A stretch of DNA of 64,000 nucleotides, from NCBI GenBank assembly GCA_015491865.1, contig WFVD01000015.1, forward strand, positions 225,430-289,429, in the 5' to 3' direction. Positions 19,661 through 30,964 of this stretch are shown in pieces (the first letter of the stretch is position 1; the number at the start of each line of letters is the position of its first letter). Both the position numbers and the translations under genes were made by a program. The notes beneath the pieces are model-generated. The model ran no database searches and was not told the origin of the DNA. It saw nothing but the letters and a program-made list of their open reading frames with translations. This DNA is from Gammaproteobacteria bacterium. GTDB lineage: Bacteria > Pseudomonadota > Gammaproteobacteria > SZUA-140.

Positions 19661-20506
19661 ATGGAAATCAAGCGTATGACATTTTTGAAGGGCGTGGCGA
19701 TTGGGGGCATCGCCATGCTAACAGCTGCATGTTCGGATTCTGATGACCATCACGAATCGAAAGCGGCTGACCATGGGAAAGCGGCTCATGCTGAGAAAGC
19801 GAGCCATGCGGGTGCCGCTGGTCACCCCTCCCACTGGGCCTATGAAGGCAATGGTGCGCCGCACGCCTGGAGCGTCATCAAAGAGGAGTACGCCACCTGC
19901 GGTACCGGTAAGAGCCAGTCTCCGATCGATATTTCAACGGTCACCATTAGCGATCTCTCTGAAATCGAATTTAACTACAAATCGATTCCGCTGGAGCTGA
20001 CCAACAATGGTCACACCGCCCAGGTAAACTATCACAGTGGCAGCTACATCACCGTTGGTGGAAAACGTTACGACCTGCTTCAGTTCCATTTTCACGCCCC
20101 TTCTGAACATACCATCGGTGGCAAAGGTTACGACATGGTTGTGCATCTGGTTCACAAGGCGGCCGATGGCCAGCTGGGTGTCATTGGCGTGCTGTTCAAA
20201 GCAGGCAAAGATAAAAATAAGGTTATCGACAAACTGTGGGCTAACCTGCCAACAGAGAGCGGCCAGACTAATACGGTCAAAAACAGTCGCATCAATGCGA
20301 TTGATCTGTTGCCAGCAGATCTCACCTACTTCAACTACTCTGGCTCTTTGACCACACCACCATGTTCTGAGGGGGTTAACTGGATGGTCATGGCCACCCC
20401 GGCGCCCATCTCTGCGAAACAGGTTAAGCAGTTTACCGATCTGTTCCCGCTGAGTACCCGCCCGGTACAGCCACTGAATGGGCGCGTGGTACGCGTTAGC
20501 AACTAG
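19661..20506 (+). CDS. Alpha-class carbonic anhydrase, predicted lipoprotein
   Basis: LTAAC lipobox, HWAY, QSPIDI, NNGHT, QFHFHAPSEH, HLVH, GSLTTPPCSEGV. Confidence 0.95.
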   Translation: MEIKRMTFLKGVAIGGIAMLTAACSDSDDHHESKAADHGKAAHAEKASHAGAAGHPSHWAYEGNGAPHAWSVIKEEYATCGTGKSQSPIDISTVTISDLSEIEFNYKSIPLELTNNGHTAQVNYHSGSYITVGGKRYDLLQFHFHAPSEHTIGGKGYDMVVHLVHKAADGQLGVIGVLFKAGKDKNKVIDKLWANLPTESGQTNTVKNSRINAIDLLPADLTYFNYSGSLTTPPCSEGVNWMVMATPAPISAKQVKQFTDLFPLSTRPVQPLNGRVVRVSN

Positions 20507-20527
20507 TCTCAGGCTGTTGATAATGGT

Positions 20528-20559
20528 GGCGAGGATGTGACAGCGTCCTCGCCTTTTTT
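20528..20559 (+). terminator. Rho-independent terminator
   Basis: GGCGAGGATG-N6-CGTCCTCGCC-TTTTTT. Confidence 0.85.
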
Positions 20560-20676
20560 GTATCTAAAATTCAGGCATCGATGATGGCGTTTCGATGCGC
20601 TTGCTCTATTCTGTAACACTACGATGGTTTAGCAGTAGCGCATGTTGCGCTGCTCAACTACCCGCTTTCAGGCAAT

Positions 20677-20707
20677 AAAAAAGGGCGCCCACAACAGGCA
20701 CCCTTTT
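20677..20707 (-). terminator. Rho-independent terminator of htpX
   Basis: Minus strand AAAGGGTGCC-loop-GGCGCCCTTTTTT. Confidence 0.8.
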
Positions 20708-20726
20708 CATGAAAAGCAGCGCGTAA

Positions 20727-21614
20727 TTACTGATTCGCTTTTAGCGCGGCAATCCGCTCTTCCAGCGGAGGATGGCTCATAAAAAGCCTTTTAATACCAC
20801 TACCAATCCCACCCGCGATACCAAAAGCAGCCAGCTGATCTGGTAGCGGCTCTGTCGCACCACTTGCACGCTGCAGCGCTTCCAGTGCGGCAATCATCCT
20901 AGAACGATCAGAGAGCTGCGCACCACCTTCATCAGCACGAAATTCTCGTTTACGGCTGAACCACATCACGATAATAGCCGCCAGCACACCGAGGATTAAT
21001 TCCGCTACGATCATCGTGACATAATAGCCAATACCGTGGCCACGCTCATTTTTAAGGATCACTCGATCGACAAAATGGCCAATTACACGAGATAGGAACA
21101 TCACAAAGGTGTTTAGAACCCCCTGAATCAGGGCCAGGGTGATCATGTCGCCATTGGCTACATGAGCCACTTCATGCCCGAGTACCGCTTCAACTTCACC
21201 CCGACTCATGTTGTCAAGCAGCCCAGAGCTCACGGCGACTAGCGCCTTGTTGCGGCTCATTCCGGTCGCGAATGCATTGGGCGAGGCCGAAGGGAAGATC
21301 GCAACTTCCGGCATGCCAATACCAGCCTTTTCGGCCTGACGTTGAACGGTTGCAACCAACCAGCGCTCTGTTTCATTAGCAGGTGTCTCAATCACCTGAG
21401 CGCCAGTGGTGCGTTTGGCCATCCACTTGGAGATAGCGAGTGAGATAAAAGAGCCGCCCATACCGAAAACTGCACAGAACACCAGCAGCGCCGGAATATC
21501 CAGGTTTATCCCCTGTGCATCCATGTAGCCCTCAAAACCAAATAGACTGAGCGTAATACTCAGGACGATCATGATCGCGATGTTTGTCATCAGGAAAAGA
21601 AAAATACGCTTCAT
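20727..21614 (-). CDS. htpX: Membrane zinc metalloprotease HtpX
   Basis: [42 protein letters not shown]. Confidence 0.97.
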   Translation of the reverse strand: MKRIFLFLMTNIAIMIVLSITLSLFGFEGYMDAQGINLDIPALLVFCAVFGMGGSFISLAISKWMAKRTTGAQVIETPANETERWLVATVQRQAEKAGIGMPEVAIFPSASPNAFATGMSRNKALVAVSSGLLDNMSRGEVEAVLGHEVAHVANGDMITLALIQGVLNTFVMFLSRVIGHFVDRVILKNERGHGIGYYVTMIVAELILGVLAAIIVMWFSRKREFRADEGGAQLSDRSRMIAALEALQRASGATEPLPDQLAAFGIAGGIGSGIKRLFMSHPPLEERIAALKANQ

Positions 21615-21676
21615 TCCAACACTCCGAATTTTCAGTATAAATTGATGTTAAGTTTGCTGATTTCGAATTATACGAT

Positions 21677-21703
21677 GTATGGGGCGTTTTGTCAGAGTTC
21701 AAG
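21677..21703 (-). promoter_or_regulatory. sigma32 heat-shock promoter of htpX
   Basis: Minus strand CTTGAA-N13-CCCCATAC. Confidence 0.85.
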
Positions 21704-21816
21704 TCCCCCTGGGGCTTTACACACCTCACCATCACTATAAAGGCTGCCTGAATTGAAACAACCCGTCCGCCTCGATAAGATGGCAGTCCCACAACATGAT
21801 AAAAAATCAGCCCCCA

Positions 21817-22631
21817 TGAAAAGACGCCTTCTTATCTCGCTCAGCCTGCTTCTCCTGATCGGCTGCGAGCAGTCAGGCCACGATAACCACGCCGCTGAAG
21901 GGCATAACCATACAGATGGTATGGAGCATGATCACAGCGGTGATAACGACCATATCGATCGTTCGCAGCATCTAGTCCATATCACCGATCAGAATGAGCT
22001 CTTTCTGCAGTACGAAACACTGGTCGCCAAGCGTGATTCTGTCTTCCTTGCCCACATAACAGACTTACGTGATTACACCCCAGTCCCGGGTGGGTTTATC
22101 ACCATCACCCTTTCAGGGGGCGATTTACCCGACGAGACCTTCAGTGGCAAACGCCCCGTTCGTGCGGGAATTCACATTGAGGTGGCGTTGCCACAATATG
22201 CTGGGGAACGTCAGTTGTCACTCAGCTTAACTTCCCCAACGATCACTACCACCCATGAACTCGGAGCAGTGACTGTCTATCCGGACAAGGCCAGCGCCAG
22301 AATCAGCCCGCCACCCATATTGCCAGATAATACGATCTATCTTGAAAAAGAGGCGCAGTGGCAAGCGGGGCTAACCATTTTACCCCCGGAAACTGATGCA
22401 CAGCTGCAGTTGATGCTCCCGGTATCAGCGATCCACCAGGATAATGAAGGGGAATTTATATATGTTATGCATGGCGCAGAGTTCTTTGAACGACGAAAGG
22501 TAGTCACGAAAAAGACAACCCAGGAGAAGGTCATCATCGTGCAAGGAGCAAATGCCAATGAACGTGTCATTATAGATGGCGGCAACATCTTGCATGACGA
22601 TAATGAAAAACACTCTCTCCATACCCACTAA
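21817..22631 (+). CDS. His-rich lipoprotein resembling a CzcB/CusB-type adaptor lacking the central core
   Basis: MKRR..LLIGC lipobox, His/Asp-rich tract, KEAQW, then directly LPVSAI..FERRKV..GANANERVIIDG. Confidence 0.65.
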
Positions 22632-22875
22632 CCACAACGCACTTCCGCGCGACATCAACCACCCTTTCTTGACAGGCGTGAATCAAATCGTTAACTTGAT
22701 TTTCATCTTCACATCAGGAAACCGCTGATTAACACCCTTTTAATCCATACAATATTGCATATTTACGTGCCAGCATTTGAGAAAACTACTACGTCATTTT
22801 AAAGGCATTCAGTAACAAAAGGAGATGTGATAGCGACTTAAATAGATTGGTTATCCAGTAACCAGGAGGTATTCA

Positions 22876-24363
22876 GTGAGCGATCGATCAACTAACACCA
22901 GCCAGTGGTCTCTTGTGGTGCAGCGTGTAACCTCAGAGAGTGTTGAAGTATGGGTGGGCACACTTTTCCCAACCCTGAAAAAACCAGATCTCGCGCGTGT
23001 TGAACTGATCCTGCCCGATGGTAGCAAGCGTACTAAGCGTATTACTAAAACGGACTGGCAGCGCCCGTTTGATAAAATGAAACAACGCTTTTACAAAGTC
23101 GTTAAATTCAATAAGCTCGAAGCGGGCAAACGTTACAAACTGAACTTCATCCGTCGCATTGAAGCAGTCGGTCGTCAGATCCCTCAATCGTGGCAACACC
23201 TTCGCAGCGGTACTTTCACCACACTGCCCAACAGGATACCGCTTAAAGGTAAAAAACCGTTTACCATCGCACTTGGGAGCTGTTTCTATAATCACCGTGA
23301 TGGTGGGCGTGCTGCGGCAGCCTATAAAGCACTCTACCAACACGGGTCAGAAAATGTCCGCCCTGATATCACATTTCTAACCGGCGACCAGGTCTACCTC
23401 GATATCGGTTTCGACTCACTCTCACTAATACCCAGTGAGATCCGCCAACGAGTTGCAGATGACTACGCCCTGCACTGGCAGGCAATGGGCAGTATTTTGA
23501 GCAGCGGTGGCACCTGGATGCTACCCGATGACCATGAGTTCTGGAATGATTATCCATTTTACAAATCGGCCATCCCGCAACTACAGGCACTGCGCCTGCG
23601 GCATGTGCGCAAGGCGTGGGATGCTGTCGCAACAGATGGTGTGCAGAATGTTCAATGCAGCGCAGGCTTTGAGACCTTTACCATCGGCAAGGATCTCTCT
23701 GTCTGTATCGCAGACTTTCGATCGTTCCGAGATGATCACGGCTTCACCACCCCGGCCATCCTCAATAAGATAAAAAAATGGGCGGGCGGACTGGCTTCGC
23801 CTGGGGTCTTTGTGGTATCGCAACCTTTGATTGTGGAAGAGAATAAGAGTGAGAAAAACCTGCTCAGCTATAAACAACAGTATGCAGAGCTGTTACAGGC
23901 CTTTTCGACAAGTGGTCATGACATCGTATTGATGAGTGGTGATGTTCACTTTGGGCGCATCTCCACCACGCAGCTGGGCAACAAAAAGAAAGGGCCGAGG
24001 CTGATTGAGATCATCGCTTCACCACTTTCAAATCTCACCTATTTAAATGGCATTGCAACCGACAAACCCAAATCGAAACCCGTTAAGTTTCCGGCACCCG
24101 AGGTGTGCAGACTCAACGGCTGGAAGCCTGTTAAAGTCACCTACAATAAGCTCTATCAGGTCAGCACCAAAAGGGGAAATATCTTTTCCCCCTATCCCCG
24201 TACTAAAACACGCGAACATTTTATGACGATCAGCTTTAGCCGCAACACAGCCACAGGCACCATTGATCTCAGCGCTAATGCGTGGCGGGTTCGCGAAACC
24301 CGAGGCATCAAACTGATTCCAGTTAAGGACTTTCAGCGCACTTTCACATTCAAACTCAAATAA
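22876..24363 (+). CDS. PhoD-like metallophosphoesterase without signal peptide
   Basis: AGGAGG RBS with GTG start; LGSCF, GDQVYLD, DDHEFWND, DFRSFR, SGDVH. Confidence 0.82.
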   Translation: MSDRSTNTSQWSLVVQRVTSESVEVWVGTLFPTLKKPDLARVELILPDGSKRTKRITKTDWQRPFDKMKQRFYKVVKFNKLEAGKRYKLNFIRRIEAVGRQIPQSWQHLRSGTFTTLPNRIPLKGKKPFTIALGSCFYNHRDGGRAAAAYKALYQHGSENVRPDITFLTGDQVYLDIGFDSLSLIPSEIRQRVADDYALHWQAMGSILSSGGTWMLPDDHEFWNDYPFYKSAIPQLQALRLRHVRKAWDAVATDGVQNVQCSAGFETFTIGKDLSVCIADFRSFRDDHGFTTPAILNKIKKWAGGLASPGVFVVSQPLIVEENKSEKNLLSYKQQYAELLQAFSTSGHDIVLMSGDVHFGRISTTQLGNKKKGPRLIEIIASPLSNLTYLNGIATDKPKSKPVKFPAPEVCRLNGWKPVKVTYNKLYQVSTKRGNIFSPYPRTKTREHFMTISFSRNTATGTIDLSANAWRVRETRGIKLIPVKDFQRTFTFKLK

Positions 24364-24396
24364 GGATCACACCACGCTATTACCAGGGAGAATCAC

Positions 24397-25317
24397 ATGA
24401 AGAGCGATACTCTGCCATCGGAACAGGAGCATATCACCAGCCTGACGGGTTTTTTAAAAAATGTTATGCGTCTTGCCGTCTACGCAGTAGAGAATGGAGT
24501 ATTGCCAGACAATATACAGATGGATGAGCTATACCGCATGTGGGAGACAAAGGTCGTACATAAAAAAGCGCTCTGCGATGAGGACATCCTCTATCTGCAA
24601 AACTGCTACGTACTGCTCAGCCGACAGCTCGCACCAATAACGGCCATCAGCCTGCGAGCAACAGAGTGTAAGCCGAATAGTATCAGCAAAGACCATATGG
24701 GTACCGATGCAGGAATCCACGTGCGCCACATGTGGTTTGCCTCCTTTACCGCCTTGGCGACCATTGTGTTAATGAACATCTACCAATATATGTTTGAACA
24801 AAATGCTGCCGTCTGGGCCACCAGTAACCCTGCCATGTTCAACAATGGAAATTACCTCTACGCACTGTTCACCACCCTGACCCCATTTATGTATGGCGCC
24901 TTTGGTGCCTCCGTTTTTCTCCTGCGCCAGGCAGAGACACAGCTGAGAGAGCGCACCTTTGACCCAAGACGGCTGCCCGAATTCCGTAACCGTCTCGTGC
25001 TGGGTACGCTGAGTGGCGGGGTGATCGTACTGCTCTATAGCAGCGGCGGGATTGCAGAGACCGATATCAAAATTACCGAAGCGGCACTCGGGTTTATCGG
25101 CGGCTACAGTATCGATCTACTCTTTTCGCTGCTCGACCGAATCGTCAACGCGCTTAAACCGACAGAGAAAACGACCACCTACCCCGCTGTCGCGCCTGCT
25201 ACCGTGATCACGCCACCAACAAAGCGAAAACGAAGCGTTAGCAGCAGAGAGGAGAAAGAGCTCCCCCCGCAGCTTAAACCGGTCACCAAAAAAGAGAGCG
25301 ACAGCGGCGTAGCCTAG
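24397..25317 (+). CDS. Hypothetical membrane protein (about 4 TM, soluble N-terminal domain)
   Basis: GAFGA..RLVLGTLSGG..ALGFIGGYSIDLLFSLLDRIV; starts 33 nt after the PhoD-like gene. Confidence 0.75.
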   Translation: MKSDTLPSEQEHITSLTGFLKNVMRLAVYAVENGVLPDNIQMDELYRMWETKVVHKKALCDEDILYLQNCYVLLSRQLAPITAISLRATECKPNSISKDHMGTDAGIHVRHMWFASFTALATIVLMNIYQYMFEQNAAVWATSNPAMFNNGNYLYALFTTLTPFMYGAFGASVFLLRQAETQLRERTFDPRRLPEFRNRLVLGTLSGGVIVLLYSSGGIAETDIKITEAALGFIGGYSIDLLFSLLDRIVNALKPTEKTTTYPAVAPATVITPPTKRKRSVSSREEKELPPQLKPVTKKESDSGVA

Positions 25318-25345
25318 CGGTCGCCCGGGGAGAGCAGAAAGTGCA

Positions 25346-26731
25346 TCAGATGCGTCGCCAGCGACTTCCTCCTGCACCATCTTCGACGATCACCCCTTGC
25401 GCCTGCAGTTCATCACGAATGCGGTCTGCCTCGCCCCACTGCTTCGTCTGTTTGGCCTCGATGCGCTGCTGAATCAATGTTTCGATCTGCTCATCACTCA
25501 ACCCATCATCACCGGCACTCCCCTTTAAAAAGGCCTCTGCATCCCCCTGCAGCAGGCCGATAACACCCGCCAGATAACGAAGATTGCCTGCCAGTTGCGA
25601 AGCCAGTGGCGCATCCTGATCGGCTCTGGCCCGATTGAGTGCCGTCACCATCTCAAACAAAACGGCCAGCGCCTCTGGCGTGTTGAAATCGTCATCCATC
25701 GCCGCACAAAACCGCTGCTGGTATTCACCACCATCACTCACTGCCGCAGCATCGATACCGCGTAGCGCAGTATAAAAACGTTCCAGCGCCAGTTTTGCGC
25801 CATCAAGGTTCTGGTCGGCATAATTCAGAGGGCTTCGATAATGGCTGGCAAGAATAAAGTACCGAATCACTTCTGGCGCATACGTTTTCAACACTTCACG
25901 CAGCGTAAAGAAATTGCCCAGCGATTTGGACATCTTCTCTTCATTGATCTGCACAAAACCGTTGTGAATCCAGTAATTGACAAACTGGCAACCAGTCGCC
26001 GCCTCACTCTGCGCGATCTCATTTTCGTGATGAGGGAACTGCAGGTCGAGACCACCGCCATGGATATCGAAATGGTCGCCGAGGCAATCGGTCGACATCG
26101 CTGAACATTCGATATGCCACCCCGGGCGGCCACTGCCCCACGGCGATGCCCAGCTCGGCTCGTCCGGTTTTGCTGACTTCCATAAAACAAAGTCGAGCGG
26201 ATCCGTTTTTGCGCTATTCACATCGACCCGCTCGCCAGCACGCAACGCCTCCGTGCGCTTGCCGGATAACTGGCCGTATGACGTAAAACGGCTGACATCA
26301 TAGTAAACATCCCCGTTATCGCCTGCATATGCGTAACCCTTTTCAACCAGAGTCTCGATCATCTGGATGATCTGTGCCATCGAGGTGGTGGCACACGGTT
26401 CCATATCGGGCGGCAACACCCCCAGTGCGGCCGCATCTTCGCGCATCGCCGCAATAAAGCGTGATGTCAGCTGCTCGATCGGCTCGCCATTTTCATGGGC
26501 TCTCGCGATGATTTTATCGTCAATATCGGTGATGTTACGCACATATGTCAGCTCATAGCCGCTTTCACGCAGGTAACGAGCAATCACATCAAACACGACC
26601 AGCACGCGCGCATGCCCCACATGACAGTAGTCGTAGACGGTCATCCCGCAGACATACATGCGAACCTTTCCTGGCTCTATCGGGATAAAGCACTCTTTTT
26701 TATTATTAAGCGTGTTGTAGATCTGCAACAT
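25346..26731 (-). CDS. cysS: Cysteine--tRNA ligase
   Basis: [37 protein letters not shown]. Confidence 0.98.
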   Translation of the reverse strand: MLQIYNTLNNKKECFIPIEPGKVRMYVCGMTVYDYCHVGHARVLVVFDVIARYLRESGYELTYVRNITDIDDKIIARAHENGEPIEQLTSRFIAAMREDAAALGVLPPDMEPCATTSMAQIIQMIETLVEKGYAYAGDNGDVYYDVSRFTSYGQLSGKRTEALRAGERVDVNSAKTDPLDFVLWKSAKPDEPSWASPWGSGRPGWHIECSAMSTDCLGDHFDIHGGGLDLQFPHHENEIAQSEAATGCQFVNYWIHNGFVQINEEKMSKSLGNFFTLREVLKTYAPEVIRYFILASHYRSPLNYADQNLDGAKLALERFYTALRGIDAAAVSDGGEYQQRFCAAMDDDFNTPEALAVLFEMVTALNRARADQDAPLASQLAGNLRYLAGVIGLLQGDAEAFLKGSAGDDGLSDEQIETLIQQRIEAKQTKQWGEADRIRDELQAQGVIVEDGAGGSRWRRI

Positions 26732-27365
26732 AATTTCGTGGTTTTTCTTCTAGTTAGTTTAAGGGGCTATCAAGTGACAGGCGGCTTATTATACGCTTAT
26801 CAGTAGCCTCAGGCAGCACAGTGGCCTTACAAAATAGACGATCGGAACAGATCTTGCCTTCAGCTATTGAAGGGGTTATTACACCATGAATCTGACGAAT
26901 ACCTACAAGGTGCTCAATCTACAGGAAAAACCGCCAACCCAACCCTCATGAGTGCTAATCCAGATTGCCGCCTCCCACCTCTGAATGAATCCGTACAAAG
27001 AATATGGCTATATGCGCTCTCTGTTATTAACCCTCTAAATCTATTGATAAAAAATATTGAAGAAATCGCGCGAGCTTCCGATGCTATAAAACAAATGCCT
27101 ATTTTAGGTGAGCGCTAGCTTGTGTTATCAGCGGAAGATATCAAATTGCGGAAAAAAGGGATCAAGGCATGCTGGATGAAAAAGAAATGACCACAATACA
27201 ATCAGAAACCACCGCTCATCCATTGCAGCTAAACCGTGTTTCACTCATGGGTGCAGCTGCACCGCTGCCAAAGTTGGGTGATAAGGGGAGAATAGAGCAT
27301 GGAATTGATCGCACGGGAGGGGCCGCTCGCTTGCTCAGTGGTAAAGCACAGCGGAGCTCACACCA

Positions 27366-27392
27366 TCAAAAACACACGGTGCTGGCCGATAG
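27366..27392 (+). promoter_or_regulatory. sigma28-type promoter
   Basis: TCAA-N15-GCCGATAG, 60 nt upstream of the aer-like gene. Confidence 0.7.
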
Positions 27393-27452
27393 CATTCAGC
27401 AGCCCGTCAGCCCATTAAAGTCAACGGGGTTTCAAAACGAGGTACATGTAGC

Positions 27453-29021
27453 ATGAAGATGAATCTACCCATCACGGATCATGAAATCGATTACAGTAGC
27501 GACAGTGTCATCGTCTCTACAACCGACCTCAAGGGCGCACTTACCTACGCCAATGATGACTTCATTAAGATAAGCGGTTTTAGCAAGGAAGAGCTGATCG
27601 GTAAAAACCACAACCTGGTGCGCCACCCCGACGTTCCCCCAGCCGCCTTTGCTGACCTGTGGCAGACGCTCCATGATGGCAAGGCGTGGATGGGTATTGT
27701 AAAGAATCGCTGTAAAAATGGAGATTATTACTGGGTCGATGCCTATGTCACACCCATCTTTGAAGGTGAGACGATCGTGGGCTACCAGTCTGTTCGCGTC
27801 AAACCAGCGCGAGCAGATGTGGCGCGAGCAGAAAAACTCTACAAACAGCTCAGCGATGGGAAGACCCCCAGGTTAACACCGCTACTCTCAATGGCTAATC
27901 AGCTGCTGGCTGGCTTTGCACTTATCCTTACGGCTATTTATGGCGTGTTATTTTTTACTTCCGCACTCTCTCCGGCTTTATTGGCAGCCACTGCACTCCC
28001 CGCGCTGGGAGCCGCTTTTCTACTGACAAGGTTCATTACGCGACCACTGAGAAAACTACAGGAGACGGCGCACACTGTTGTCAATAACCCGGTGATGCAA
28101 GCTGTCTATAGTGGTGCCATTGATGAGACTGGCGCATCACAACTCGCAATGCGTATGCTTCAGGCGAGACTCCGCACCGTCATTGGCCGCATCACAGACT
28201 CTGCTGACAACCTGAATGAGCTCTCAATCCAGACTGCAACCACCGTCGAGCAGGCGGCCCAGGGAGTGAAGACTCAGCAGTCGGAGACTGACCAGGTCGC
28301 CACTGCCATGAATGAGATGGCAGCTACTGTGCATGAAGTTGCTCGAAATGCTGAAGAGGCGGCAAATGCCTCTCAACACGCCAAGGCGAAAGCGGACAAT
28401 GGGCATCAGGTGATGAGTGAGATCATCGATTCAATTAATACACTTGCCCGTGAGGTCGAATGTGCAGCCGAGGTCATTCAGGGGGTCGAAGGACAGAGCA
28501 ATCAGATTGGCGCCATCCTGCAGGTCATTAAAGACATTGCAGAGCAGACTAACCTGCTCGCGCTGAATGCTGCCATCGAAGCGGCACGTGCAGGCGACCA
28601 GGGAAGAGGGTTTGCCGTTGTGGCAGATGAGGTCCGCACCCTGGCTCAGCGTACTCAGCAATCGACTGAAGAGATTCACAACATGATCAGCCAGCTTCAG
28701 GAGGGAACCAAGAATGCTGTCGGTGTCATGGAAGCGGGCCGCGAGCAGGCCAACGTCAGCGTCACCAATGCGGCGCGTGGTGGCGAGTTACTTGACACCA
28801 TCACCGACTCAATCAATACCATTACCGATATGAATACTCAGATTGCGAGTGCAGCCGAAGAACAGAGCGCCGTAGCAGAAGAGATTAACCGTAACATTAT
28901 CAATATCAGCCAGGTGACTCAGGAGGCTGCACAGGGTGCCGAGATAACACTTAGCGCCAACAAAGAGCTCACTTCAATGATTAATGAGTTTGACAATATG
29001 AGTAAACAGTTTGGCCGCTAA
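27453..29021 (+). CDS. aer: Aer-type aerotaxis receptor (FAD-PAS + methyl-accepting signalling domain)
   Basis: [34 protein letters not shown]; TM hairpin; [20 protein letters not shown]. Confidence 0.88.
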   Translation: MKMNLPITDHEIDYSSDSVIVSTTDLKGALTYANDDFIKISGFSKEELIGKNHNLVRHPDVPPAAFADLWQTLHDGKAWMGIVKNRCKNGDYYWVDAYVTPIFEGETIVGYQSVRVKPARADVARAEKLYKQLSDGKTPRLTPLLSMANQLLAGFALILTAIYGVLFFTSALSPALLAATALPALGAAFLLTRFITRPLRKLQETAHTVVNNPVMQAVYSGAIDETGASQLAMRMLQARLRTVIGRITDSADNLNELSIQTATTVEQAAQGVKTQQSETDQVATAMNEMAATVHEVARNAEEAANASQHAKAKADNGHQVMSEIIDSINTLAREVECAAEVIQGVEGQSNQIGAILQVIKDIAEQTNLLALNAAIEAARAGDQGRGFAVVADEVRTLAQRTQQSTEEIHNMISQLQEGTKNAVGVMEAGREQANVSVTNAARGGELLDTITDSINTITDMNTQIASAAEEQSAVAEEINRNIINISQVTQEAAQGAEITLSANKELTSMINEFDNMSKQFGR

Positions 29022-29034
29022 CCGCATCGCACTG

Positions 29035-29421
29035 TCAGTTCAGGTCAACCGCGTATTGCCGTAATGTCTCCAGCGAGATCAGCGCTAGCGCTTTTTTATG
29101 GGTGCGCGTTAGAAACACCTTCGGGGCCATGCCATCTTCATGCGCCTCCAACCAGCGCGAGGCACACAGACACCAGTTATCCCCCGCCTTTAAACCGCTA
29201 AAACCGTGCTCGGGCATCGGTGTAGAGAGATCATTCCCCTTGAATCGAGAATACTCAAGAAACTCAACCGACATCTGTACACAGACGGTATGTGAGCCAA
29301 AATCCTCTTCACAGGTGTTACAACAGCCATCGCGGAAAAACCCTGTCACCGGGCTATCTCCACACAACAGCAGTGGTTCATCAAAAACATTTACCGAAGG
29401 CTCTATCGCTACTTCACTCAT
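29035..29421 (-). CDS. DUF2237 family protein
   Basis: PVTGFFRDGCC, GSHTVC, GNDLSTP, WCLCASRWLEA. Confidence 0.9.
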   Translation of the reverse strand: MSEVAIEPSVNVFDEPLLLCGDSPVTGFFRDGCCNTCEEDFGSHTVCVQMSVEFLEYSRFKGNDLSTPMPEHGFSGLKAGDNWCLCASRWLEAHEDGMAPKVFLTRTHKKALALISLETLRQYAVDLN

Positions 29422-29549
29422 TAACGCTTCCTAAAGTTGACAGTAAAAAGCGCATCATAACGGAGTTATGGGTGCAGGTTAAGCGGCAATCATATAGCCC
29501 TTAAAATCATAAGCGAGTACTATCTGCACAGATAAGTAGACCAAACAGC

Positions 29550-30041
29550 ATGAGAGAGAGCACGATGGATAAAAACAAACTGGCCCATTCAAACAGCAAA
29601 GGGTTACAACGGCTCAAAGAACTGTGGCCTGAGCTAACGCTATTCGAACGCTTTGAGTATGTAATCACACTGATTGTTAGCCTGGTACTTGCACTGATTA
29701 TTGTGGTTGCACTGTTAACCCTGCTCGAAAATATCTATCAAATGGTTATCGCGCAATTTGATGGCGGCGTTGACTACAAAATGTTTCAGATCACTTTTGG
29801 CATGCTGCTGACACTGCTGATCGCGCTTGAATTCCGCAATTCGATTGACGCGATCCTGGAGGGAAAAGGGTTACTGGTACAGGTTAAGATTGTGGTACTG
29901 ATCGCCATCATTGCACTCGCCAGGAAATTCCTGGTGATGGACCCCAAGGAGTTTGAGCCGATGATGATCGCCGCCTTTGCGCTCGTCACCCTCTCACTCG
30001 GTGTTGTCTACTGGCTACTCGCAAAAAAGCAAACGTTATAG
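29550..30041 (+). CDS. PsiE-like membrane protein
   Basis: Four TMs; FGMLLTLLIALEF; IAIIALARKFLV. Confidence 0.8.
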   Translation: MRESTMDKNKLAHSNSKGLQRLKELWPELTLFERFEYVITLIVSLVLALIIVVALLTLLENIYQMVIAQFDGGVDYKMFQITFGMLLTLLIALEFRNSIDAILEGKGLLVQVKIVVLIAIIALARKFLVMDPKEFEPMMIAAFALVTLSLGVVYWLLAKKQTL

Positions 30042-30047
30042 ATAGCC

Positions 30048-30887
30048 TCATAATACAGGAAGTAACTCATCTGCCAGAGTGTATCGGCGCTGCTGACCAC
30101 TCAGGGGACATTTAAAGGCGAGATAACAGGCGGTCAGTTGCAGCGCTTCTTTATCTCCGCCCGATCCATAAAGGCGATCCCCCACAACAGCGTGACCGCT
30201 CTCTGAGAGGTGACGCCTGATCTGGTGTTTTCGTCCCGTCTCAATCTGTACTGATAACAATGAGCGCTGTTGCAGTGGGTCAAAAGTGATGCGCGTCACA
30301 TGAGATGTTGCCTCCTTACCATCAATCTGACTGGAAAGCGTAAAGGGCGCTGCTGTTTCCGGGAACTCGCCATGCACCACCACCCGGTAGCACTTTTCAA
30401 TAGCACGAGACTGAAAAAGGCTCGACAAAGCTGCCGCTGCCCGCTTTGTGTGGCCCACCAGAATCAGGCCGGATGCGGCACGGTCAAGTCGATGGATAAT
30501 AAAACTCGAGCGCTGCGGGCTAAGGTGCTGCTCGGCCCAGCGGCTGACGGTACAGTGGTCGCCCCACTTACTGCCCTGCGATAACAGCCCACAGGGCTTG
30601 TACCATAGACTGTACGCCCCCTCATCAGCCAGCAGTGTCGGTGCAACAGGGGTACTCATCAAGACACGCTCATCGTAGTAAAAATCTATTTGATCTCCTG
30701 CCCGTAACACCTTTTTTACACGACGCAGACGCCGGCAAGAACCTCGGCTGGTTAACCATACCGCTCCCCGCTGCATCGCCATTTTGATGCGCTGCCGGGA
30801 TAATCCAGAGAGTTCTGCCAATACCGCCACCGTATTCACGGAGCTATCCTTCACATCGTAATGAAATTCGGAACGTGAACCATTCAT
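30048..30887 (-). CDS. RluA-family pseudouridine synthase
   Basis: KPCGL, intact HRLDRAASGL, TGRKHQIRRHL, VGDRLYG. Confidence 0.92.
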   Translation of the reverse strand: MNGSRSEFHYDVKDSSVNTVAVLAELSGLSRQRIKMAMQRGAVWLTSRGSCRRLRRVKKVLRAGDQIDFYYDERVLMSTPVAPTLLADEGAYSLWYKPCGLLSQGSKWGDHCTVSRWAEQHLSPQRSSFIIHRLDRAASGLILVGHTKRAAAALSSLFQSRAIEKCYRVVVHGEFPETAAPFTLSSQIDGKEATSHVTRITFDPLQQRSLLSVQIETGRKHQIRRHLSESGHAVVGDRLYGSGGDKEALQLTACYLAFKCPLSGQQRRYTLADELLPVL

Positions 30888-30964
30888 GGCAGCTACCAAG
30901 CCTGACCGCGATATTTAAAAAAGAGCATCATGAGTTATCCATAGCCCGGGTCGACCAGAAATGG

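Noticed and set aside
26867-27456. 83-aa and 95-aa ORFs upstream of aer
   Set aside because: No recognisable homology, and the second contains the sigma28 promoter; probably non-coding, though not excluded.
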